From contig CP096135.1 of the NCBI GenBank assembly GCA_023213195.1, positions 248,126-312,125 on the forward strand: DNA of 64,000 nt, in the 5' to 3' direction. Origin of the DNA: Sphingobacteriales bacterium JAD_PAG50586_3 (GTDB taxonomy: Bacteria; Bacteroidota; Bacteroidia; CAMBQF01). The notes below the pieces were generated by a model. The model searched no databases. It was not told the origin of the DNA and saw only the letters and a list, made by a program, of their open reading frames with translations. Positions 54,942 to 64,000 of the stretch are shown here, piece after piece. Position 1 is the first letter of the stretch, and each line of letters starts with the position of its first letter. A program made the position numbers and the translations under genes.

Positions 54942-56330
54942 TTATGCACTAACAAAGTACATATCAATAAGGCCTTTGTTTTTGGCTTCTACCTTGCCGC
55001 GGTGTACGCAATCAAAATCGTTTTTAATAAGCTCGTACACCTCGGCCGATATGTTTACTTTGCCCGGTGCCCCGGCACTTTCCAAGCGCGATGCAATGTT
55101 AACGCTATCGCCCCAAATATCGTAAGCAAACTTATGTATACCTACTACACCGGCTACCACAGGGCCGCAATGTATACCAATGCGTATTTCGAAAAACGGC
55201 AGACCTTTGGCTTTACGTTCGGTTTTTAAATCGTTAATAAATGCCGCCATTTCAATACCTGCTTTTACGGCGCGTAAAGAGTGTGCTTCGCTCAATTCGG
55301 GCAGGCCACCGGCACACATGTAAGAGTCGCCAATGGTTTTAATTTTTTCCAAACCGTGGCGCATGGTAATCTCATCAAACGTGCGGTAGCACATATCTAT
55401 TTCCTGCACCAAATCTTCGGGGCTAACCCTTTCTGCCAATTTGGTAAAGCCCACAAAGTCTGAAAACACAACCGTTACGTTATCAAAAAACTGTGTTTTT
55501 ACACTTCCGTTTTCTTTTAATTCATTAGCTACCGATGCGGGTAAAATGTTAAGCAATAACTCTTCGCTGCGCTCTTTTTCTTTAGCCAGTTTACGGCTGT
55601 AGCGGCGGTTACTAAAAAATACATACAGTATAATCAACGCTATAATGGCAATGGCAATACTAATGGCAAGCAACAGCCGTGTAGCCAGTGTTTGCTGGGC
55701 TAAGCGCGCATCTTTAAGGTCGCTCTCCTGCTTAGTCATTTTAAGGGCTTGCTCTTTTTGAATATTCTCTAGTTTTTGGCGGCTGATAACAGTATCCTTG
55801 CTACTTATTATCATGTTTTTTTCGGTAATCTGCTGGTCTTTAGAAAGAATATCGGTGCTTAGGGTTTTAAGGTCGGTGTCAGCCTTTAACAGTTTGCTTT
55901 CTTTGTCCTTATTAGCTGCTTCCAACAATTTTATTTTGGAGAGCCGTATTTTATCTATTTCCCTGTTAACCTTATCCATTTTGTTACGGTACAGCATCTC
56001 CGACGACATATCGCCTTTAGACTTGGCAAAACGCATGGCAAAATCGTAGGCTTTAGAAAGGCCGGTTAGGTAGTTGCTCTTCTCGCCAAACACTATGGCC
56101 CGGTTGTTCAGTTTAATAGCCTCATCAAGGCTTTGCTGGCTTTGTTTAGACGCCAGGTTTTTAACCTGTATAAGTAGAATGTTTACCCTATCAGTATCGC
56201 TTTGGGCTGCCTTTAGTTTAGCCTCCAATTCAATAGGCGTAAGCATTGCCTGTTGAGCATAGGTATCTAACTGCGCGCAAACACATAGTAGAGTAACACA
56301 AAAGACTAGTAGCTGTTTAATCATACCCAA
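54942..56330 (-). CDS. Membrane-anchored class III adenylate cyclase
   Basis: Signal peptide, coiled coil, TM, LLLNILP, FSDFVGFT, EKIKTIGDSYM, YDIWGDSVNIASRLE (Lys/Asp pair points to ATP specificity). Confidence 0.9.
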   Translation of the reverse strand: MGMIKQLLVFCVTLLCVCAQLDTYAQQAMLTPIELEAKLKAAQSDTDRVNILLIQVKNLASKQSQQSLDEAIKLNNRAIVFGEKSNYLTGLSKAYDFAMRFAKSKGDMSSEMLYRNKMDKVNREIDKIRLSKIKLLEAANKDKESKLLKADTDLKTLSTDILSKDQQITEKNMIISSKDTVISRQKLENIQKEQALKMTKQESDLKDARLAQQTLATRLLLAISIAIAIIALIILYVFFSNRRYSRKLAKEKERSEELLLNILPASVANELKENGSVKTQFFDNVTVVFSDFVGFTKLAERVSPEDLVQEIDMCYRTFDEITMRHGLEKIKTIGDSYMCAGGLPELSEAHSLRAVKAGIEMAAFINDLKTERKAKGLPFFEIRIGIHCGPVVAGVVGIHKFAYDIWGDSVNIASRLESAGAPGKVNISAEVYELIKNDFDCVHRGKVEAKNKGLIDMYFVSA

Positions 56331-56436
56331 GACATAATTACAATTTTTAATGCAAGTATGTTTATTTGAGTGATAAAAACGAATAAGGTTTAATGGGAGG
56401 CTTAGCTACCTCCCCCATTGATTCAATAAAATAAAA

Positions 56437-56487
56437 TCCCCCACCCTCCCGAAGCATCGGGAGGGCACCCCCTTTGGAAAGGGGGAT
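56437..56487 (+). repeat. REP-like family B double hairpin
   Basis: ccctcccga..tcgggaggg-caccccctttggaaaggggg. Confidence 0.75.
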
Positions 56488-56502
56488 CTTTTAAAACTCT
56501 TA

Positions 56503-57858
56503 TTACCTAGAAATAGCTACGCGTTGGCGTGCAACAATGGCATCATCATTTTGGACTACAAACAGGTACATACCATTAGCTAAACCGGCGGTATTTATTT
56601 GGTTGTTTTGCGCGGTAAGTTGTTGCTGTATTATAAGTTGACCGGCAGTGTTGTAAATACTCAACGTATTTTTACCTGCTAAAGGCAGGTTAATATTTAC
56701 CAAATCGGCAGCGGGGTTAGGGTATAGCTGTATTTTACCTGCTGTATTTTCGTTTAACCCAACAGTAGTTTGGTTAAGGGTAATGGTAGTGCCGTTAATG
56801 TTAATTTCGCACTGGCGCGCATCGGTAGAATTATTAGCGTTATACGATATTTCTATAGTACCGGAGCCTGTACCTTGTACCGGGTTTACATCTACCCAAT
56901 CGCAAAACTGGTTGCGGTTTAGTATGCTCCAAAAGCAACTATCGGCAGCATCAACAGTAACGTAAATAGTGCCTTCCAAAGGCCCTATAAATGATGTGTC
57001 TATTGACATTACTACATTGCACTCATCAGAAATTTGGGTTAGTAGATAATCCTGGTTGCCAATAGAAAAATTAGCATACCGTTCATCGCCTGTAGCATTA
57101 GCATCGTAAGTAACTGTTAAGGTAGCATCGCCTGTACCCCATTCCGGAGTAATTGTAGCCCAGTTTGAAAAACCAGTAACATACCACTCGCACGATTGGC
57201 CGTAGGTATCCAGTTGAATTTGATAGCTACCCGAATTGGAAGGCAAACCTGCATAATAGGTTGAAACGCCGTTGTGAGATAAATTATAGTTGCACCCATT
57301 CCAAGGCCCACCGCCTACATTGCCCCCAATAGAACTTGGTATATTGAATGCCGCGCCATACGGAGGAGTACCAAGCGTAGAAGCCCATGTATATGTTGCG
57401 GGTATTGGATTGCCTTTCATTAAAAGGTCAAAATAAACGTTAATGTCAATTATACCGGTGCCCCCATTGCTTGCAGCAATAGCGGCATCAACAGCGGCGG
57501 CATTAGCAGAGATTGTAAAGCAACCAACAACTGAAGTATAGTTTGGAGCTATACCGGTATTCAACCATGTACTATCATTCGACTCGAAAGTAAAACCCGG
57601 AGGCAAGCCTGTAATATCAAGCAGTCTCATTGATTGAACATTAAGGACTATAGTAATACCTTGAAAATCGACAACCGTATCTACTATAGTATGTATCACC
57701 ATAGTTTCATTATAAGGTTGCCCCGGAATAAGAGGTGGAAAATCGTTAGGATATAAACCCGGCAATGAGTCGTTATAGTTTGAGCCCGGTATGCATTGGG
57801 CATTTAGTGTTGTAATGCCCGTAATAATGATAGCAGCAATAAGTAGTAGTCTTTTCAT
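56503..57858 (-). CDS. T9SS type A sorting domain protein with two BACON-like domains
   Basis: Signal peptide, W..ITP..GTG...R repeats twice, LYPNPA...NGMYL C-terminal domain. Confidence 0.85.
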   Translation of the reverse strand: MKRLLLIAAIIITGITTLNAQCIPGSNYNDSLPGLYPNDFPPLIPGQPYNETMVIHTIVDTVVDFQGITIVLNVQSMRLLDITGLPPGFTFESNDSTWLNTGIAPNYTSVVGCFTISANAAAVDAAIAASNGGTGIIDINVYFDLLMKGNPIPATYTWASTLGTPPYGAAFNIPSSIGGNVGGGPWNGCNYNLSHNGVSTYYAGLPSNSGSYQIQLDTYGQSCEWYVTGFSNWATITPEWGTGDATLTVTYDANATGDERYANFSIGNQDYLLTQISDECNVVMSIDTSFIGPLEGTIYVTVDAADSCFWSILNRNQFCDWVDVNPVQGTGSGTIEISYNANNSTDARQCEININGTTITLNQTTVGLNENTAGKIQLYPNPAADLVNINLPLAGKNTLSIYNTAGQLIIQQQLTAQNNQINTAGLANGMYLFVVQNDDAIVARQRVAISR

Positions 57859-58012
57859 GGTAGATGTTATTTAGCAATATAAAGGTAACATTCTCTATTT
57901 ACAGCACAAAAAACACTTTTATCGGTTTATCGGATAAAACCGTGTTAAAGTATCAAACTAAAACCCTTAATTTCTCGTTGTAGCTGTGTAAATTAGCATC
58001 AAATAAAAGGCG

Positions 58013-59758
58013 TTGCGTAAGCTATTGTTGGTTTGTATATTCTGTGTTATCTCTGTAGCCTTTGTGCAGGGACAGAGCGGGCTTACCATTATTCCGACCG
58101 ATAGCACCGCCAAACGCGAGTTGAAAAAGTATAAGGTTAAAAAGCAGTTTGCCAACACAGCCGACCGTAAAGCCGCGCTGCAGGGTGTTTTGCTCGACCT
58201 ATATAACCGGGGCTACCTGGCCGCCAGCTACGACAGTATTAAAGGCGACAGCATAAAACAAAAGGCCTACCTGCATGCAGGCCTGCCTTATACATGGGCG
58301 CAGATAAAACACGCATCTATAGACGAGGGGATATTGAACCGGGCGGGTTTTAAAGAGAAATTTTATACCGGCAAGCCAGTATCGTTTAAAGAGGTTACAC
58401 GCCTGCAAGAGAGTATTGTTAAGTATTGTGAAGACAATGGCTACCCTTTTGCCAATGTAAAACTGGATAGCATTACCATTGATACCGCCAAGGCCATGCA
58501 GGCATCGCTGGTGCTTGAAAAAGGGAAGATGTTTAAAATTGACAGCATTGTTGTTAAGGGGACATCTAAAATATCTAAGCCATACCTGTATAGCTACCTG
58601 GGTGTTAGGCCGGGCGATTTATACAGCGAGAGCGAGGTGCAGCGCATAGCATTGCGGATAAAGGAGCTGCCGTTTGTAAAAGAGATTAAACCAGCGGAGG
58701 TGTTGTTTGGCGATAAAGGCGCTAAAATTGTGCTGTATATTGACGATAGAAAGGCCAGTACTTTTAACGGTATATTGGGTTTTTTACCAAACTCTGACCC
58801 TACCAAAACCAAGCCATTGCTTACGGGCGAACTGCACCTGAAACTAAACAACGCCCTTAACCGTGGCGAGCTAATTGACATTAACTGGCGCAAGCTACAG
58901 GCAGCTACCCAATACCTTGATGTTAAACTGGCATACCCTTATTTATTCTCGACCAACTTTGGGCTTGATGGCAACCTTAACCTGTACAAACGCGATACTA
59001 CTTTTTTAAACCTGGTGCGGGGTATTGGGGTACAATACCTGCTTAAAGGCGGCAACTATTTAAAGTTTTTTGTTGAGAACAGAAGCTCTACCCTGCTTAA
59101 TACTGTTGGGCTGGAGAATGTGCAGGTGCTGCCACCTAATGCTGATATAAGCACCACGCTGTATGGTGTAGAAATAAGGGCCGATAAGCTGGACTACCGT
59201 TATAATCCGCGGAAGGGGTATTCTATTTATGTTAAAGCAGGTATAGGTGCTAAAAATATTAAGAGGAACGATAAAATTAACCCCGAGGTATATGAAGGGT
59301 TGAAGCTGCGCAGCACACAGGTAAATAGCGAGTTGCAGGCATCGTACTATTTTCCTTTATCAAAGCGCAGTGTAATAAAAACAGGGGTGCAAGCCGGGTA
59401 CCAGTTTAACCAGAATTTGTTTGTTAACGAGCTGTACCGCCTGGGCGGTTTAAACCTGCTACGCGGCTATACCGATGAGTCGGTGTTTGTATCGGGGTAT
59501 AGTATTTTTACGTTGGAGTACCGCTTTCTTTTAGAGCAAAACTCTTACCTGTTTGCCTTTACAGATGGGGGCTACTACCAACGCAAGGTGGTGCAGGGGT
59601 TTAACGATTTTGTGCCCTATAGCTTTGGCGCGGGCATTAGCTTTGAAACCAAGATTGGCATATTTTCTTTAGCGTATGCCCTGGGTAATGAGTTTGACAA
59701 TAACATTCAATTCCGTAATGCAAAGATACATTTTGGGATAACTAACTACTTTAAATAG
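58013..59758 (+). CDS. POTRA-containing Omp85/TpsB-type outer-membrane protein
   Basis: RGYLAA and NGYPFA POTRA motifs, GGLNLLRGY, KIHFG near C-terminus. Confidence 0.85.
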   Translation: MRKLLLVCIFCVISVAFVQGQSGLTIIPTDSTAKRELKKYKVKKQFANTADRKAALQGVLLDLYNRGYLAASYDSIKGDSIKQKAYLHAGLPYTWAQIKHASIDEGILNRAGFKEKFYTGKPVSFKEVTRLQESIVKYCEDNGYPFANVKLDSITIDTAKAMQASLVLEKGKMFKIDSIVVKGTSKISKPYLYSYLGVRPGDLYSESEVQRIALRIKELPFVKEIKPAEVLFGDKGAKIVLYIDDRKASTFNGILGFLPNSDPTKTKPLLTGELHLKLNNALNRGELIDINWRKLQAATQYLDVKLAYPYLFSTNFGLDGNLNLYKRDTTFLNLVRGIGVQYLLKGGNYLKFFVENRSSTLLNTVGLENVQVLPPNADISTTLYGVEIRADKLDYRYNPRKGYSIYVKAGIGAKNIKRNDKINPEVYEGLKLRSTQVNSELQASYYFPLSKRSVIKTGVQAGYQFNQNLFVNELYRLGGLNLLRGYTDESVFVSGYSIFTLEYRFLLEQNSYLFAFTDGGYYQRKVVQGFNDFVPYSFGAGISFETKIGIFSLAYALGNEFDNNIQFRNAKIHFGITNYFK

Positions 59759-59873
59759 TTAGTAAGTGGTATAGTGACTAAGTGGCAAAGCAATAATATA
59801 AAATAAATAAAAAATCCCCACGGGCCAGTGCCGCAGGGAATTTCACTACTTACTAAATCTACTTTTAAGCTAA

Positions 59874-60413
59874 CTATTCTAAATCACTTAGGTCGATATC
59901 ATCAACCATAATATTTATAAAGTCTTCGTCCTTTTCGCTGGTGGCGGGGCTGTTTTTGCTGAATTCCGTATCGGTTTTTAAATCATTATCCAACTGAGAA
60001 TCGGCAGGGGAATCTTTAGATAAAGCATTTTCTTCTTTATCCATTTTATAACCAGGCTGCACAGTGCCTTTATTAGCCTGTATAACGTTTATGGCTAGCA
60101 TACGGGCACGGCGGCTGTGGTGTATAGAACGCGCATAGAAACCCCTGCGCCATAAGAAAACAGCATAGCGCTGATGACGTACGGCACGGGCAAAATCGCC
60201 GGTGTATACCTTGCCTTTTTTCAAATCGGCATGTGCGGCCAGCATTACTACTGCTGTGCGACGCAATACGCGCTTAGATTTTACCCTTAAAACCGGACCG
60301 CCAGCCCTATTATTGCGGCGCATGCGCTGTGCCTGCATATCGGGCGCTGCCAGAGCAAGCATAAACAATACCAATACAGGCATTATTGCTTTATGTGAAA
60401 TGTTGTTGAGCAT
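59874..60413 (-). CDS. Hypothetical secreted protein, Arg-rich core and acidic tail
   Basis: Signal-like MPVLVLFMLALAA..AQ; start probably at 60413 rather than 60458. Confidence 0.65.
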   Translation of the reverse strand: MLNNISHKAIMPVLVLFMLALAAPDMQAQRMRRNNRAGGPVLRVKSKRVLRRTAVVMLAAHADLKKGKVYTGDFARAVRHQRYAVFLWRRGFYARSIHHSRRARMLAINVIQANKGTVQPGYKMDKEENALSKDSPADSQLDNDLKTDTEFSKNSPATSEKDEDFINIMVDDIDLSDLE

Positions 60414-60463
60414 ACTTTGTTTGTTTAGGTGTTTTAGTATTGACACCCAACCAAACAAAAAGT

Positions 60464-61270
60464 TTAATTGCGGGTAGCAACAAAATTTAGCCCGAAGTAG
60501 AAATAATTGCGTAAAAAGCTGTTTTTCTTATAGATAGACTTTTCCTGCGCTACGCGTTTATCGTAATTATCTTTATTAACCTGGAATGGCATAAACAAGC
60601 GCACATACTCTACATTTCCTATGCTAAAACCCTTTGCGGCAAAGGCTTTGGTCCAAGTACCAAGGCTGCGGATATTCTCATTGCCCAGCAAAATGGTTTT
60701 GCCAAGTTTCTCATCATACATCTCTATAATGCGCTTATTGCCACGTTGCTTGTATAGCTTGGCACTTTGTATAACATTGCTGCCGTTTTCTTCTACCGCA
60801 ATAAGCTTACCGCCGGGCTTTAACACTTTGTGGAATACAGCTAAGGCATCGCCCAAGGGCTCTAAATGGTGCAGGGTGTCTTGCAGTATACAAATATCAA
60901 TAGTGCCATCGGCAGGGTGGCTGTCGAATATATTCTCGTAACTCCAAGTAAAGCCTGACACATCGCCAAACTGCGACCAGTATTTTATGCGTTGGGGCAA
61001 CGATGTTTCGTAAAACTCCAGCGTTGTGCCGAATACTTTGTGGCCGTTAAGGGCAAGAAAAATATCGGTAGTGCCGTAGCCACAGCCGCAATCGAATATA
61101 GCGGCGTTTTTATCGGTAACGTTGCGTTGGATGTACTTTAAACGCTCTATAAAATAAGCCTTGCGGAAGTAGAACGATTTTTCATCGTTTAAAAACTTAT
61201 AGTAGCTGTGCAGGTGCGGGCTTTGCTCCAGCTCTTTTAAAAACAGTTCGAAAAATTCCTCAGCGCTCAT
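60464..61270 (-). CDS. Class I SAM-dependent methyltransferase
   Basis: IFDCGCGYG, TLHHL, LKPGGKL. Confidence 0.88.
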   Translation of the reverse strand: MSAEEFFELFLKELEQSPHLHSYYKFLNDEKSFYFRKAYFIERLKYIQRNVTDKNAAIFDCGCGYGTTDIFLALNGHKVFGTTLEFYETSLPQRIKYWSQFGDVSGFTWSYENIFDSHPADGTIDICILQDTLHHLEPLGDALAVFHKVLKPGGKLIAVEENGSNVIQSAKLYKQRGNKRIIEMYDEKLGKTILLGNENIRSLGTWTKAFAAKGFSIGNVEYVRLFMPFQVNKDNYDKRVAQEKSIYKKNSFLRNYFYFGLNFVATRN

Positions 61271-61341
61271 ATTCAGAAGCGAAATTAAGGTGTAATGCAG
61301 TTAGTTTGAAAATTATTGCAAATAATGTTATTAAAGAAAAG

Positions 61342-61450
61342 CCCCTCACCCCCTAGCCCCCTCTCCCGGAAGGAGAGGGGGAATTAATTCTGCCGTTCTT
61401 ATTCCCGGGGTTTACACCCCGGGCTATTAACATTTCACCCCTACGGGGTT
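61342..61450. repeat. REP-like family A copy (61342-61382) and family E double hairpin (61403-61450)
   Basis: cccctcaccccctagccccctctcccggaaggagaggggg; cccggggt-ttac-accccggg...cccctacgggg (GTAG on minus strand). Confidence 0.75.
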
Positions 61451-61474
61451 ATTCAATTTGAAACTTTAAATATT

Positions 61475-62829
61475 TTAAAACATTCCGTATAAAATACGGC
61501 CTACGGAGAAGTAGATGAAGAGACCAAGGATATCGTTAGTAGTGGTAATGAAAGGGCCTGTAGCTACGGCGGGGTTTACTTTGTAGCGGTGCAGCACCAG
61601 TGGCACTACGGTACCGAAAATAGCCGCGAAAACTATCACGGCAATAAGGGCAATGCTTACGGTAATGCTTAGCGCCAGCGAATCGGAAAACAAGATGTTG
61701 TAAGCAAACACCAACGATGAGCATATGGCGCCGTTTACCAAGGCCACTGCCAACTCTTTTAACAGGCGAGGGGCTATGCTATCATCGCCCATAGATTTGT
61801 TAGCCAAACTTTGCACCACAATAGCCGACGATTGTACACCTACGTTTCCGCCCATAGCTGCTATAAGGGGCATAAATATAGCCATTTCGGGGTGAATTTG
61901 TATTTGGGGTTCGTAGTTGCTGATAACCTTAGAACCCAAAATGCCCCCAAACAAACCAACCATAAGCCAGGGCAGGCGGGCACGGGTTAACAGCCACACA
62001 CTATCGCCCGACTCTACATCTTCTGATATACCGGATAGTAACTGAAAATCTTTCTCGCTTTCTTCCTTAATAACGTCTACCACATCATCAATAGTAATGC
62101 GGCCCTGTAAATGACCAAAATGGTCTATAACAGGTATAGCCACAAGGTCGTACTTCTGCATAAAGGTTGCCACCTCTTTGGCAGGCATATCGGTAGTTAC
62201 CGATTGTATGTCGGGGTCGTAAATATCGGCAACACTGCTTTGGGTGCTGGCCAGCAATAACTTTTTTAATGATAGTTTGCCTTGCAGCTTATCTTCATCA
62301 TCAACCACATAAATAGTGTAAACGGCATCAATATCTTCGGCCTGGCGGCGCATTTCGCGTACGCAGCGCAGCACTTTCCAGGCTATATTAACCCGTATAA
62401 GCTCTTTACCCATAAGGCCACCGGCGGTATCCTCATCATACTCCAGCAGCGCTTTAATTTCATCGGCCTGCTCAATATCTTCCAGTTGAGAAAGTACCTC
62501 TTCCTGGCGCGATTCGGGCAGCTCGGCAATAACGTCGGCGGCATCGTCTGTTTCAGGTTATCAATTTCGCGGGCAATTTGCTCGGTAGATAAAGAGGCCA
62601 TAAAGCGCTCGCGCACCTCTTCTTCCATCTCTACCAACACATCGCCGGCGGTTTCTTTATCAAGCAGATTGTAAACAAACTTGGCTTCGTGAAGGTCTAA
62701 CTCATTGATGACCTCGGCAATATCAGCAGGGTACAGCTCGTCTAAAGCACGCGAAACAGCCTCCTTGTCGCCGATTTCAATATCGGTGCGCAGGTGGTCA
62801 AAATACTCGCGTGTCAGTTCAAACTGCAT
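61475..62829 (-). CDS. mgtE: Magnesium transporter MgtE; frame break near 62553
   Basis: YPADIAE, CBS pair, GRITIDD, RLPWL, MGGNVGVQS, GPFITTTND. Confidence 0.95.
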
Positions 62830-62942
62830 GGTACTATTAGCCTGTTAGGGCTGCAAAGGTGAACATTTTATAGCTAGCAGATAATACCTGTTGGCGAAAA
62901 AAATGCGGTTTGTATAACAATTTATTAATATTTTGCGGGCGT

Positions 62943-63575
62943 ATGCTAACAGCTATAGGATCAGGGATATTATTAGGGGTAATTATAAGCTTTTTGATAG
63001 GGCCGGTATTTTTTGGCCTTATACAAACCAGTATACGCCAAGGCGTAGGGCGGGCCATGATTTATGAAATTGGCACTGTACTTAGCGATACCATTATTCT
63101 TTTTCTTTGTTACCTAGGCCTGGCTAACATACTTGCCGGCGATAGTTACCGCCATGCTATTGGTATTGCCGGGGCTGTGCTGTTGTTTAGCATGGGTTTA
63201 TACACCCTGCTTAAAAAGAAAAAGAAAACGCACGAAGGAGTAGAGGCTACAGAAGAAAAAAGCCACCCGCTGGCGCTGATATTAAAATCGTTTTTGCTAA
63301 ACACCATTAACCCATCGGTTATTTTATTCTGGATTTTACAGGTAAGCCTTGCGGTGTCTAACTTTGGGGGCAAAAAGGGTATTATTATTTCGCACTTTAT
63401 AGCGGTGCTTAGCACCATGATATTGTTCGACTTTTTAAAGGCCTTTGGGGCTAATAAAATAAAAAAGTACCTGCGGCCAAAAACTTTCAACCTAATTGCT
63501 AAAATTGAAGGTGTTTTATTGATTATATTTAGCGTAGTTATTTTGGTGCGCACCTTTTGGCCCACCGAACCTTAA
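62943..63575 (+). CDS. LysE family translocator
   Basis: IGPVFF..IQTSI..G, SFLLNTINP; six TM segments; ATG follows a TATTTTG promoter-like element. Confidence 0.85.
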   Translation: MLTAIGSGILLGVIISFLIGPVFFGLIQTSIRQGVGRAMIYEIGTVLSDTIILFLCYLGLANILAGDSYRHAIGIAGAVLLFSMGLYTLLKKKKKTHEGVEATEEKSHPLALILKSFLLNTINPSVILFWILQVSLAVSNFGGKKGIIISHFIAVLSTMILFDFLKAFGANKIKKYLRPKTFNLIAKIEGVLLIIFSVVILVRTFWPTEP

Positions 63576-63578
63576 TGG

Positions 63579-63612
63579 CCTCACCCTAGCCCTCCCCTTA
63601 AAGAGGAGGGGA
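63579..63612 (+). repeat. REP-like family A copy
   Basis: cctcaccctagccctccccttaaagaggagggga. Confidence 0.65.
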
Positions 63613-63623
63613 GAAAATATAGT

Positions 63624-64000
63624 ATGAAAAATATCTTTAGTACCTTATTGGTTTTAGTAGCTTTAAAAGCAACCGCACAAATTGCGTGTATTAACTACAA
63701 CACAACAAACTCGCCTTTACCTGATAATACAGTTTATTCCATAGCAGCCCACCCGCTAGACTCTGTAGCATACGATAATATTTGGATAGGCACCAATGGC
63801 GGTTTAGTGCATTACAATGCAGGCAGCTGGACCACCTACACCATAGCCGATGGCTTGCCCGATAACTCTATACGCAGCGTTTATGTTGCGCCCGACAGTA
63901 CAGTGTGGTGCGGCACATTTACCAGCGGACTTGTAAAATTTAAAAACGGGGTATTTACCAACTTTAATACAGCAAACTCTAACCTGCCCGACGATTTTGT
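63624..64000 (+). CDS. Secreted two-component-regulator-type beta-propeller protein, runs off window
   Basis: Manual MKNIFSTLLVLVALKATAQ...NSPLPDNTV...IWIGTNGGL...DGLPDNSIRS...VWCGT. Confidence 0.8.
   Translation, partial: MKNIFSTLLVLVALKATAQIACINYNTTNSPLPDNTVYSIAAHPLDSVAYDNIWIGTNGGLVHYNAGSWTTYTIADGLPDNSIRSVYVAPDSTVWCGTFTSGLVKFKNGVFTNFNTANSNLPDDF

Noticed and set aside
3332-62829. Mass pseudogenisation or programmed frameshifting / phase variation
   Set aside because: Breaks hit essential genes (ileS three times, lspA) and fall mostly in short homopolymers or CCWGG; long-read error is the simpler explanation

Overview
A 64-kb chromosomal window from a Bacteroidota bacterium. Evidence: TAnnTTTG-type promoters, T9SS C-terminal sorting domains, and the ileS-dksA-lspA and DUF1573-yajC-YbbR-coaE gene orders. 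It is mostly housekeeping (aconitase, citrate synthase, recQ, ileS, lspA, coaE, yajC, xth, mgtE), plus two RND efflux operons, a small lipid-linked-sugar cluster, an adenylate cyclase and outer-membrane proteins. No rRNA, tRNA, CRISPR or transposase was seen. I count roughly 30 frame breaks, including some in essential genes, so this looks like an unpolished long-read assembly; split ORFs were joined by hand. Main observations: (1) a cytoplasmic signalling island (5.9-13.7 kb) with five tandem SpoIIAA-like/STAS-SEC14 paralogues inside a duplicated receiver / PAS-HAMP-like-PAS histidine kinase / receiver module that has no output domain; (2) ten frame breaks are repaired by restoring CCWGG, a probable footprint of Dcm-like methylation; (3) an orphan gene cassette bounded by a perfect 26-bp inverted repeat and filled with REP-like hairpins; (4) a di-haem lipoprotein at the end of a Cus/Czc-type operon; (5) several dispersed REP-like palindrome families.
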